DNA from: Planctomycetota bacterium
GTDB taxonomy: Bacteria; Planctomycetota; Phycisphaerae; WQYP01
Direction: 5' to 3'
NCBI GenBank assembly: GCA_021819825.1
Contig: JAKAEZ010000001.1
Location: forward strand, 3,521 to 67,520
DNA: 64,000 nt
Shown: piece by piece, positions 31,368 through 41,070 of the stretch
Position numbering within the stretch: position 1 is the stretch's first letter
Layout of the letters: the number at the start of each line of letters is the position of its first letter
Notes under the pieces: model-generated
What the model was told of the DNA's origin: nothing
The model's database searches: none
The model's input: the letters and a program-made list of their open reading frames with translations, nothing else
Translations under genes and position numbers: made by a program

Positions 31368-31772
31368 ACGTTGATCCTTTCGGGTTTCCGACACGAACGC
31401 AGTTTAAACAACAATCTGATTTTTTAACAGTTCGCCGCGCTCACCGCCCCTGCGCTGCGCAGGCTTGACTTCCCCCCCATGAAGTGACATTTCTATTGAA
31501 ACAGTATATCGCATACACTGCACCTGTACCGCGAGATTCGCTACCATTATACTTGCATTGTTTGCGGATGATATTATAAGGTTTTCACGGCACCCCCGGC
31601 AATGCGGAACCTTCCGGGCGTTATCATTAGTTGGCCGATGGAGGCACGGAATTCGCGGCGGGACACACCGGGCAACCGGAACATTCCATGTGCCGTTCCA
31701 ACGCGGCCGTGAAACCGGGATAAGGCATGGAAGCCTGATCCTTTGAAGGCTAGAAACACATGAGGAATAAAC

Positions 31773-34334
31773 ATGAAACACCGCAGGCTCATTCTACCTG
31801 GTATTCTGATCACTTTCGCCACGTGCCTGGTGTTGACCATGCTCGGCGGACAGGCGTCGCGAGGCCAGGCCTCGCGGATGATCGGTCTGCCTCAATATCA
31901 TCTGGTATCCAAAGCTTCTCCAATTCCTGAGCCATATCCGTCTTTGCACGGAGGCTCATTTTCCGCTCCGCCGGTACCACTTTCTCCCGATCCGCTGGTG
32001 GCGTATCGCTGGCGACATCCAAGCGCCTCTGATGGACTGCAAGCTTATGTCTTGCGCCCGTTGGCGGTCAGTACACGCACGCCCAAGTCTTTCGCCGATC
32101 TGAAATCTGTAACCACCAGTCGTTGCAATATCACGGTCAAAGGGGTGGGTGCCATTCGTGTGGACTTCGGCACGGAAAGCGCCGCATGGATCGAATTTGA
32201 CAGTCCCGATTTTAACGGCGGCACGATCAAGATGGGTGTAAGCGAGTTCAAGGCACCCGCGCACGAACCCAACCATGCCATCGGCGTGCCTGAGAAAATC
32301 GGCGATACATATCGGCTTAAGCTCAACCCGCAATACTATGAAGGCGTGCGATTTGGCTGGATTTACATCAAAAGCTTTTCCGGCAAGCCTTGGCATATTA
32401 CTGCCATACGGGCGGTCTGCCAGATTAAGCCCACCAATTACAACGGCAGTTTTTCCTGCAGCAATCCAATGCTCACCCGGATATGGTACACAGGTGCCTA
32501 CACGGTAAAGCTGAATCTATTGCACCATTATTTCGGGGCTATTCTGATGGATCGGGGAGATCGCATCTCCTGGGTGGGCGACGCCCACATTGCGCAGTCC
32601 ACAGCCATGACGGCTTTTGGGAATTTCAATTTCGTTAAGCGCAATCTTAATATCTCCGCCGGCAAGGGTAATGGCATTGCCAGCTATTATTTGTATTGGA
32701 TATTGAGTCTGGTGGATTACTACCGCTATACGGACGATGCTGCGGAATTGCAGCGTTATTACCCGCTTGTAAAAACGCTGCTGGCAAGGGCCGCCACCAA
32801 TTTCGCCCATCCACATATCGCATTTTACGGGTGGGGCGACCGATTGGGTGGATTCGCCAGTGCCGAGAACCCACAGACGCGAGAAGCCTATCGGATGCTG
32901 TTTGTGGAGACCTGCCGGCGTTTTGCGTGGGCGGCCGGCACGGCCGGGAATAAGACTTTACAGACACAGTACACAACAATCGCCGATGAGTATGCCGCCA
33001 AGATTCAGCGCCAGTCAAGCTGGGTCCAGACCGTTAACATTTATCCCGCCAGCGATGGCATCAATGCTGGCGTCCCAACCGCTGCGCAGGAGCGAGAACT
33101 GTACCGCCGGTGTTTCGCCAATCGATTGGATCGCCTTGCGTATTCGCCATTTAATGAATATTTCGTGGTGGAGGCGATGGCTCGGATACACCAATGGGAC
33201 GAGGCCTTGGAAACCGTGCTGGATGATTGGGGCGGACAGATTAACTATGGAGGCACCACATTTTTTGAAGCTTACCGGCCAAGCTGGAATAGCATTATCC
33301 CCACCAACGGCGGTATTCCCAGCACAATATGCGGCCCCACCAGCCTCTGCCATCCATGGAGTTCCGGATGTACCACCTGGCTTACGCAGTGGATTGCGGG
33401 CCTCCGACCCATAACCCCTGGCTTTGCCACCGTGGATATTGTTCCACATCTTGGCCGCACCTTGACTTGGGTGAAAACCAGCGCTCTCACACCGCATGGA
33501 ACCATTTCCGAGTCGCTGAATGTGAACCGTGGTACGGCCAAGTACAGAATTCCATCCGGGATTATGGCGCGCATCGGGGTGCCCAAGGTAGGCCGCCGCA
33601 TCATGACCATTACCATCAATGGCCATCTGGCGTGGCATGATGGCCGCTTCGCCGCCTGTCCCGGAATCAGCGGTGCAACCCAAAGCCGCAATTTTGTGTA
33701 TTTTACCAACGTGCGATCCGGTCAATATGCACTGACGATTTCATACCGTGGGAATACGCCGCCATTCCTGCATGAACCGTTTATTTATCCCGTGCAGGTG
33801 CTGGGGCAGGACTCCATCACGCAGGGCAACTGGGGTGGCGTATATGGACGCGACGGATATGTACTGTTCGCCGATGGCCCGAAGGAGGCGAACATTGAAC
33901 ATCTGCCCAGCTATGTCAAGTCGGTTCATTGTCTTTGGACACATAAAACCCAGTGGCCAAGCAATGGCTCCGATCTACGGGCATTGGCGGCAAGTTCTAG
34001 CAATGGTCGGCATCATCGAAACGCCGGGATACTGTATTCCGATTTGACGCCCCAGGCCCCGCAGGCGGCGGTGGACATTCGGCTCCGACACCGACGCAAC
34101 TATCGGCTGGCATTGTACGCGGTAGATTTTGACCACAAGAACCGCAAGGAGGTCGTCACGATTGAAGACCTGCGAACCAAAAAGCTGCTGGCCCCTGTGC
34201 AGGCGTTCTCCCATTTTTCCGGAGGAAAGTATATGGTGTTTGAGTGCCATGGGAGTGTACGCGTGCGGTTTGATCCGATCCGCGGGGAAAACGCCGTTCT
34301 AAGCGGTCTGTTTTTTGATCCGCCCGGCGGATAA
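31773..34334 (+). CDS. alpha-L-rhamnosidase-like six-hairpin glycosidase (GH78-type)
   Basis: Signal peptide. MDRGDRISWVGDAHIAQ (compare D.P.R.ER.GWTGD) and LCHPWSSGCTTWL motifs. Confidence 0.65.
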   Translation: MKHRRLILPGILITFATCLVLTMLGGQASRGQASRMIGLPQYHLVSKASPIPEPYPSLHGGSFSAPPVPLSPDPLVAYRWRHPSASDGLQAYVLRPLAVSTRTPKSFADLKSVTTSRCNITVKGVGAIRVDFGTESAAWIEFDSPDFNGGTIKMGVSEFKAPAHEPNHAIGVPEKIGDTYRLKLNPQYYEGVRFGWIYIKSFSGKPWHITAIRAVCQIKPTNYNGSFSCSNPMLTRIWYTGAYTVKLNLLHHYFGAILMDRGDRISWVGDAHIAQSTAMTAFGNFNFVKRNLNISAGKGNGIASYYLYWILSLVDYYRYTDDAAELQRYYPLVKTLLARAATNFAHPHIAFYGWGDRLGGFASAENPQTREAYRMLFVETCRRFAWAAGTAGNKTLQTQYTTIADEYAAKIQRQSSWVQTVNIYPASDGINAGVPTAAQERELYRRCFANRLDRLAYSPFNEYFVVEAMARIHQWDEALETVLDDWGGQINYGGTTFFEAYRPSWNSIIPTNGGIPSTICGPTSLCHPWSSGCTTWLTQWIAGLRPITPGFATVDIVPHLGRTLTWVKTSALTPHGTISESLNVNRGTAKYRIPSGIMARIGVPKVGRRIMTITINGHLAWHDGRFAACPGISGATQSRNFVYFTNVRSGQYALTISYRGNTPPFLHEPFIYPVQVLGQDSITQGNWGGVYGRDGYVLFADGPKEANIEHLPSYVKSVHCLWTHKTQWPSNGSDLRALAASSSNGRHHRNAGILYSDLTPQAPQAAVDIRLRHRRNYRLALYAVDFDHKNRKEVVTIEDLRTKKLLAPVQAFSHFSGGKYMVFECHGSVRVRFDPIRGENAVLSGLFFDPPGG

Positions 34335-34349
34335 CGCGACCGTTGGGTA

Positions 34350-34824
34350 TTGGGACCAGCCCGCGAAGTGCGTGTTCCGGAGAATTTTTTCGACCGGTCA
34401 GGGGGATATCAGGTGCGCCCCAAGGGATATGCCTTCCGGGCGTTTGACCTCGGCCGCCACGGTCGCGTGGAGTCGGCAATGTTGACCAACGTGGATCATT
34501 TAAATCTTACCGCCTACGCGGTGGGGACGGCCAAAACCCAATACGTGACCATTATTAACAAACGAATATGGCCGCCATGCGCGCCCAGCGGAAGCAACGC
34601 TTGCTTTTAATGACTTTACAGCGCATAGCGCCCGGGTGATGTTTCTGCGGGCACCGCATGGCGACGTGGGAGCGCGGCAAGGCGTCACCCTCGGTGGTGC
34701 GGCAATTACTAATCATTCGCCATGGCATGGCCAGTGGCAAACCCTGAAACTCCCCCGCCACGACCGTTGTAACCGGCTTGTTCCGGCCGCCTGCGCTGCG
34801 ATCGTGCAAATCTCCGGGCGATGA
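34350..34824 (+). pseudogene. frameshifted C-terminal remnant of a GH79-type (Glyco_hydro_79C-like) protein
   Basis: ..LNLTAYAVGTAKTQYVTIINK, then a frame switch near 34560 to ..ARVMFLRAPHGDV.ARQGVTLGGAAI..LVPAACAAIVQI. No catalytic domain upstream. Confidence 0.45.
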
Positions 34825-35036
34825 AAACACGCAGGTCTTTGACGGGTGCTTTCAATATTTCCGTGAGAACTCTTATGGCAATCAGCCCCGACGCAACTGG
34901 GCGGTAGTCCACCCGTTGGTCAGGTGGCGCACCGGGCAACGGCTCACCCAATTAAAATACCATCGAGACATCCTTCATGTTTGCTCCGTGAAGCTCGGAC
35001 TGAAACTGATGTTTTCCTCCCGCGCACTTGCCGCGA

Positions 35037-35882
35037 TTACGTTTCGCCTTCGAGTTGTTCCGAGATTGCGGTGGCAGTTTTAGCGGATCGCGGTTCGACA
35101 TCTATGCGGGTGATGGCAACATAGGCCACGAATACCACGATAAAGAAAGTCAGAATAATACTGACAATCGGCGTACCATAGCCTAGACCGCTCATGCTCC
35201 GCGGCTTATCAAACCAGTCCGCAAATGAAGCCCTCAGTGGGCGTGTCATGATGTAGGCAAACCAAAATGCAAAAATGTCGTTAAATCCCAGCAACCAGTA
35301 TCCGACGCCGGGGATCACAAACAGAATGGCAAATACAATGCCGGAAATCAGATAGCCCAGGTGCAGTGTGGCAGCGGTCAAATCTCCGGCTGCAGTGCCA
35401 AGAGCAAAGGTGGCCAGCACCGTAGACCAGTAAAACATTTCTCGGCGCATCGTATAAATGCTATGAATTGAAAGCGTTTGCTCCACGCGGTACCACAGCA
35501 TAAGAATCACGATCACCGCCGCAGCGAATACCGAGGTAGATAAATAATATGGCACCCCCAAAACCACGTGCGCCACGTCCGCCACCATAGTGCCGAAAAT
35601 ACTGACCATGACCACCAGCAGCCAATAGACCCAGGCAATGTAGCGCTTCACCCGGAATTGCAGCACCACCGCCACGGCAAAACCCAATGCCCCCATGATC
35701 ACTGCGGCATAAGGGTTGATATGAAACACCAAGAAGTCTGAAGTCGCTTCCCCCATCGCGGTGGTCAGAATTTTTATAATCCAAAAATAAATTGTAATTT
35801 CCGGCACCTTGGATAAGGCCCGGCGGGCTGTTTCGAATTGGGGCGTACCGCTCATCTTGCTCCTCGAATTGCAACAATTCAA
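35037..35882 (-). CDS. hypothetical multi-pass membrane protein
   Basis: 281 aa with ~8 hydrophobic helices and an FWIIKILTTAMGEATSDFL motif. Function unknown. Confidence 0.6.
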   Translation of the reverse strand: MNCCNSRSKMSGTPQFETARRALSKVPEITIYFWIIKILTTAMGEATSDFLVFHINPYAAVIMGALGFAVAVVLQFRVKRYIAWVYWLLVVMVSIFGTMVADVAHVVLGVPYYLSTSVFAAAVIVILMLWYRVEQTLSIHSIYTMRREMFYWSTVLATFALGTAAGDLTAATLHLGYLISGIVFAILFVIPGVGYWLLGFNDIFAFWFAYIMTRPLRASFADWFDKPRSMSGLGYGTPIVSIILTFFIVVFVAYVAITRIDVEPRSAKTATAISEQLEGET

Positions 35883-36178
35883 TGGATGATCAAAGGCTCA
35901 TGTAAAAAAAGCGCCTCGGCCAGTCAGGCTTCCGGCAAGCCTGATTCATCCGTACCATATATTTTTGCCATCAAAAAGTAAACCCGTCAGCGGTACAATC
36001 CGGGAACTCATTTATTGTGCAAGGCGGTGCGGTAATATTGTCGCCGGCAACGTCAAAGATAATTTTGACACGTCAAAAATCCCGATAAGTGCATTTCTCC
36101 AAAGGAAACCTCATTTTCACATCGCCAATATTTGGCCGGGCATGCGTGACGCTATTTATTATCGGCTCAGTCTTCACT

Positions 36179-37390
36179 TCAGTTTTCTGCGCCTGCAATA
36201 AGTCCTCGGGTTCCGGAATCCGGCGAGGCGGCGGCGGCGTAGCGGTGCGTTTTGCGCATGTTTCGCGGGGTTTCATTGAAATAATTGTGGAACGAGGTAC
36301 TGAATTGCCGGGGAGAACTGTAGCCGGATTTGTGGGCCACCTGGGCAATGGGAATATCCGAGTCCAGTACAAGCTGCCGGGCTGTTTCCATTTGGATGCG
36401 CTGAATTTCCGTGGCCGGGGTACGGTTCAGCGCAGCAAGAAAATGCCGCTCCATAGTCGGTCGTGAGACGGCCAATTGATCCGCCAACCATTTGACCGAT
36501 ATGCCGCTGGGCAGGTTCTGCTGAATCAACCCCAGTGCCTCCCGCACCAGATCATCTTCAACACCGAAAATATCGGAAGACAAACGGGTAATAACCCGGA
36601 TCGGCGGAATCAGCACGGTCATGGCCTTTATTTTTTTCCCGCGCATACGCTGATAGAGCAATTCCATGGCACGCAAACCGATATTGCGGCTATCTAAAAG
36701 AATACTGGATAAATGGGGTGTGCGCAGTTGGCCGTATAAATCATCATTATCCGTTCCCAGAATGGCAATATCTTCAGGAACTCTGATTTTTAAGTTCCGG
36801 CACGCTTCAACCAGATAGGCTCCCAGCAGGTCATCACCGGCATAAATGGCGGCGGGTTTTGCGAGATGTTTCAGCCAGCGGACGACGGTGCTGGGGTACA
36901 AACCCGCGCGGTCTTCAGCCTCGGCTTCCTGCTTTCGAAAATACTGCGCTGCTGCGCCCCGTGCGGCCGCCTGGGCTATAAATCCGTCGCGTCGCGCATC
37001 CGACCAATACCGCTGTGACATGCCATAATAGACGAGCCGCCGAAATCCGCGATCAATAAAGTAATCCGCCGCCATGCGTCCGACAGCCGCATCATCGGTA
37101 ACCACCCGTGGCAGGCTGGAAGTCTCCAGTTCAGCGGAAACATCGACAGCGGGTACACCTCGAATGGCAATGGCCTCCGGAAGTTTCCAAGCCGGCGGGC
37201 AACCGGCGACGATCACGCCATGGATGTCGCCGCGAATCAGAGCAGGCAAATCCGCAGGTTCAAAATTATCGGGGAAAAAAACACGAATCTCCGGTTGGCG
37301 ACCTGCAAATTCCGCTACGCCGCGCAGGACATCCCGGTTATAAGCGACTGCCAGGTTACCCAGGAACAGCACTCTTTTATTTTTCCGCAT
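36179..37390 (-). CDS. XylR-type regulator (periplasmic-binding-protein-like sensor plus AraC HTH)
   Basis: LacI/PBP-like N-domain. C-terminus ..IAQVAHKSGYSSPRQFSTSFHNYFNETP, an AraC-type HTH. Confidence 0.85.
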   Translation of the reverse strand: MRKNKRVLFLGNLAVAYNRDVLRGVAEFAGRQPEIRVFFPDNFEPADLPALIRGDIHGVIVAGCPPAWKLPEAIAIRGVPAVDVSAELETSSLPRVVTDDAAVGRMAADYFIDRGFRRLVYYGMSQRYWSDARRDGFIAQAAARGAAAQYFRKQEAEAEDRAGLYPSTVVRWLKHLAKPAAIYAGDDLLGAYLVEACRNLKIRVPEDIAILGTDNDDLYGQLRTPHLSSILLDSRNIGLRAMELLYQRMRGKKIKAMTVLIPPIRVITRLSSDIFGVEDDLVREALGLIQQNLPSGISVKWLADQLAVSRPTMERHFLAALNRTPATEIQRIQMETARQLVLDSDIPIAQVAHKSGYSSPRQFSTSFHNYFNETPRNMRKTHRYAAAASPDSGTRGLIAGAEN

Positions 37391-37562
37391 AGGCCATCCT
37401 CCGATATATTATCGTACCATATGTGCCACAACTTTGATACAAATTCTGAATATTTTTTCCCAAAATTGCCGGTCATTGAGTCCGAGAAGTCAGCTATGCC
37501 ATTATGTAGAGTTTCGAGAACGGGCATGCCGCTCGGCTGGTCGCGCGATGACAAGATAGTAA

Positions 37563-37629
37563 GTGATACAAAATCGGAAGTTTTTTTTATTAAATTGACA
37601 TGTTTTTATTGTCGCAACCGTGCTAGACT
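37563..37629 (+). promoter_or_regulatory. copy D of shared promoter-like motif (GATACAAAATCGGAAG-T8-..AAATTGACA-N23-TAGACT)
   Basis: Aligns with copies at 42978, 58655 and 62211. Lies ~150 nt upstream of ATG 37781. Confidence 0.45.
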
Positions 37630-37780
37630 CCAACCTAATGGCGTGTTGATGAGTGATGCGCCAGTCCGATAGACGGCAGAATGGTGGAATGGTTGTGAAT
37701 TTCGCACATTTCTCCGGCCTGTCGTCTTTTGAATTATTTCGGATTGAACGCAACTTGATAATTCCCATAAGGAGAAAACG

Positions 37781-40066
37781 ATGGGGTTAAAACAAACTAA
37801 CCAGTTTGGAAAAAGTGCCCCCGAACCCGATGTGCAAGGCTCGCCATTAACCGGATTAGACTCCGTGTCATTAAATGAACCGTATTTCCGGCGAAATTGG
37901 TTGGATGGCTGTTATGGTAACTTCGCCGACGGAGCGTTAATATTCGTATCAAAAAATCGTAAATCAACAGCGCTTGTAATCGCGACATTACTAGTTGGAA
38001 TAGCCCCAAGTCTCGTCCACGCCGACATCCTTGAGTCAAAACGGGGCTTTGCCGATACGGGTGCTAATTACAATGACCTCCAGGCATCCGGTGCCGGATG
38101 GTACTACACTTGGGGGCCTGGCCCGGCGAATCCAGGCAATTTCAACGCCAACTTTTATCCAATGTTCTGGGACGCACCGAGCCAAAGCACCATTGATCAG
38201 GTCGTGGCAACCAATCCTCTTTACGTGCTGGGCTTTAACGAGCCGGATAATTCGACTCAATCCAACATGACGGTCGCGCAGGCGATTTCATCATGGAAGA
38301 TGATTTCTGCCAGCTTTGCCAATACAACAACCCAGTTGGTAAGCCCGGCAGTTGAAGACACTTCCACAGGCCATCAATGGCTTGAAAACTTCATGAGCCA
38401 GGCAAAAGCTGACAATCTCAAGGTCAATGCCGTTGCATTTCACTGGTACGATGATAGCAATCCGTTGACGCCGCAGCAGGATGCCACCAATTTCCTGAAC
38501 TCAGTTGCCTGGTACCATAACACGTTTAAATTGCCGGTGTTTATAACAGAATTTGCGGTCTACGATTGGGGTGGCGGTTACACTACCTCGCAGATGCAGA
38601 CTGGGGAACAGCAGTTTCTCAATATTGTTATACCCCAACTCAATTCGTTGAGTTATGTCGCGGGATATTCTTACTATAATTGGTTCAACGGCTTGGCTCT
38701 CTATTCCACGCAAAGCGGGATCAACGGCAACCCGGATGTTCCGACCCCATTGGGATACGCGTATAACGGCGCGGTTGGCATCGGCACCACCGCCAATATC
38801 AGTGGTGAAAACCTTGGCGAGCATGTCGCATATCTCACCGGCGGCACGCTTACCATGACTACTGGTGCTGGAACCATTAAATACATCGATGCATTGACTA
38901 ATACCAGCTATATTTCCGGCACGATCAACTGGGGCCTGGATCCGTCCTCTTCGACCAATTCGGTACGCGTGGAGCCCGGTGCGGTACTCGTTAAGTCTGG
39001 CAGCAATACGATTACGCTTAGCGGCGGTACGATCACAAACGATGGCACCATTAACGTTGCCCAAGGCGTGCTTGATATCGCCGCTCCTACAACCGGCATC
39101 GGCTCGATTCTCATTGCCGACAATGGTGGAACAAGCGGCTCAATCGCCCAACTTGAGCTTTCGGGTAATATCACCGTAAGCAATGCCATTACCATGGCAC
39201 AAGTCAGCGATCTGGCACAACCCGCAAGCATCCGAAATGTCAGTGGAACCAATACCATCAACGGCCCGTTAACCATTACCTCCGGCGGCGATCTGGTTCG
39301 CGTGCAGTCCGATTCCGGACTCCTTACTTTGAGCGGCCAGATCACCACCAATACAACCACAGCCGGCAATCTCTTTTTGCAGGGTACCGGCAATGGAGTG
39401 GTTACCGGTGCGATCTCCGATAATCCCGTTTTTGCGGCTGGACAACTCAACGTCTGGAAACAGGGTACGGGCACATGGGCTCTCACCGGTACCAATACGT
39501 ATACCGGTACAACCACTGTATCTTCCGGCACACTGCTCGCGGATGGCAGCATAACCAGCGCAACAATCATCATGACAGGAGCCGTGCTAGGTGGCAATGG
39601 TCGGATCAATGCTACCGTTAATAACGCGGGCACCATAAGCCCCGGCGATGTGGGAAACGCTGGAACGCTGACCATTACATCCTTGACCCTGGGCAATGCC
39701 AGCAGTCTGAATTTTATCCTTAATACGCCTGACTCGGCCGCCGGCATCGGGGGCAACAGTCTTCTCGCTACCACAGATTTAACACTGGGATCGGGTATCA
39801 TAGTGAACATCAGCGGAGGTTCACAATTTGGAGTCGGCATGTATCAATTAATAACCTTTGCGGATGCAACTAATAATCTTGCTGATTTAAACTCTTGGGT
39901 GGTTAACGGCCCCAGCGGATACAGGTATACCTTAAGTGATCCGTTGGGAATTATTGACTTGAATGTGACAGCGGTACCCGAACCATCGGTATCAGCGTTG
40001 CTGTTTTTGGGTGGTCTGATGCTTCTGCTGCGTAAAGCTAAGCGACGAGCAGCCGCATCACAATAA
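37781..40066 (+). CDS. GH128-like (Glyco_hydro_cc) hydrolase, autotransporter-type beta-strand repeats and PEP-CTERM anchor
   Basis: GWYYTWG..LGFNEPD..FHWY..ITEFAV catalytic-core pattern, then GTGTWALTGTNTYTGTTTVSSGTLL repeats, then VPEPSVSALLFLGGLMLLLRKAKRR. AAGGAG lies 6 nt before the ATG. Confidence 0.85.
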   Translation: MGLKQTNQFGKSAPEPDVQGSPLTGLDSVSLNEPYFRRNWLDGCYGNFADGALIFVSKNRKSTALVIATLLVGIAPSLVHADILESKRGFADTGANYNDLQASGAGWYYTWGPGPANPGNFNANFYPMFWDAPSQSTIDQVVATNPLYVLGFNEPDNSTQSNMTVAQAISSWKMISASFANTTTQLVSPAVEDTSTGHQWLENFMSQAKADNLKVNAVAFHWYDDSNPLTPQQDATNFLNSVAWYHNTFKLPVFITEFAVYDWGGGYTTSQMQTGEQQFLNIVIPQLNSLSYVAGYSYYNWFNGLALYSTQSGINGNPDVPTPLGYAYNGAVGIGTTANISGENLGEHVAYLTGGTLTMTTGAGTIKYIDALTNTSYISGTINWGLDPSSSTNSVRVEPGAVLVKSGSNTITLSGGTITNDGTINVAQGVLDIAAPTTGIGSILIADNGGTSGSIAQLELSGNITVSNAITMAQVSDLAQPASIRNVSGTNTINGPLTITSGGDLVRVQSDSGLLTLSGQITTNTTTAGNLFLQGTGNGVVTGAISDNPVFAAGQLNVWKQGTGTWALTGTNTYTGTTTVSSGTLLADGSITSATIIMTGAVLGGNGRINATVNNAGTISPGDVGNAGTLTITSLTLGNASSLNFILNTPDSAAGIGGNSLLATTDLTLGSGIIVNISGGSQFGVGMYQLITFADATNNLADLNSWVVNGPSGYRYTLSDPLGIIDLNVTAVPEPSVSALLFLGGLMLLLRKAKRRAAASQ

Positions 40067-40157
40067 TTGGTGTCAAAGTATCATGTAACTATGTGCTGGT
40101 CAGTGGTTAGATTTAATTTCATCGTGTTGTTTTCGATAATAAAAGGGTATCCATTTT

Positions 40158-40985
40158 ATGTCCATCAGAAAATTAATTGTGGTCATTGCGTTTTTCGCTT
40201 GCGTGATCGTGGCTTCTCAAGGAGATACCTCCGCGCATAGTATCAAAAAAGGTGTGGGGATGGGGCCAGGCCACAACACCAAGCTTTGGAAACAACGGTT
40301 GCACGCGCTTCATGTTCATTGGTTTTATACTTGGGGTTCACAGCGACCTGCCGCCACACCAGAGAATATCCAATTTGTACCCATGATCTGGGGTTATTAT
40401 CAAAAAAGCCTGCCGGCGGCCATGAAAGAGATTATTCGCTACCATCAGTCGGGCCTCATTCGGGCAATGCTGGGATTTAACGAACCGGATGGGAAAACAC
40501 AATCCAATATTAAAGTAGACGTTGCCCTGAAAGCATGGCCACAACTGGAAGCCGCAGGCATTCCGCTGGGAAGCCCCGCGTGCGTGCATCCAGATGATAA
40601 ATGGATGAGAGCCTTTATGCACGGTGTTGGGCAACATCATTATCGGGTTAATTTTATCTGCATCCACTGGTATGGTGGCCCCAATCCGCGCGGCTTTCTG
40701 GCAATGTTGAAACACGTTCATAACCTGTATCATCGCCCGCTCTGGATTACGGAATTTGCCGTTGGAGATTGGCACGCCAATAAAGCTCATCCCAATATAT
40801 TCTCGCCCCAAGTCATCGCCCGATTTATGAGAGCAGTTCTTCCAGCCATGAACCGTCTGTCTTACGTGCAGCGCTACGCATGGTTTCCGGCCAATAAATC
40901 CAAATTCACCGCTTTGGGAACCTCCGCTTTATTCCGGAAGAATGGCACACTTACACGACTGGGGCGTATTTACGCGGCGGATTAA
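40158..40985 (+). CDS. GH128-like (Glyco_hydro_cc) glycoside hydrolase, secreted
   Basis: Signal peptide. WFYTWG..LGFNEPD..IHWYG..WITEFAVGDW. Confidence 0.8.
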   Translation: MSIRKLIVVIAFFACVIVASQGDTSAHSIKKGVGMGPGHNTKLWKQRLHALHVHWFYTWGSQRPAATPENIQFVPMIWGYYQKSLPAAMKEIIRYHQSGLIRAMLGFNEPDGKTQSNIKVDVALKAWPQLEAAGIPLGSPACVHPDDKWMRAFMHGVGQHHYRVNFICIHWYGGPNPRGFLAMLKHVHNLYHRPLWITEFAVGDWHANKAHPNIFSPQVIARFMRAVLPAMNRLSYVQRYAWFPANKSKFTALGTSALFRKNGTLTRLGRIYAAD

Positions 40986-41070
40986 GCTTCCCACCGTCAT
41001 GGTCGCAAGGCCCGCGCGGACCCGAATCAGGAAAGTACAGTTTACAGACAATCAATGGAAAGCTCTATTT

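Noticed and set aside
31404-31781. 125-aa minus-strand ORF filling the 31395-31772 intergenic region
   Set aside because: It has no ribosome-binding site and a Cys/Arg/Pro-rich composition. The region is better explained as the divergent promoter/leader between the FAH and GH78-like genes. A possible TTGCAT-N16-TATAAG promoter lies at 31553-31580, but I could not support a riboswitch.
33015-33725. 236-aa minus-strand ORF, with neighbours 33272..33709 and 32647..33018
   Set aside because: All are antisense to the GH78-like gene and no motifs were recognised.
38908-39840. 310-aa minus-strand ORF
   Set aside because: It is antisense to the well-supported beta-strand-repeat region of 37781..40066. 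Its Pro/Val/Ala-rich low-complexity product is a by-product of the repeated G/T/N/S codons on the sense strand.
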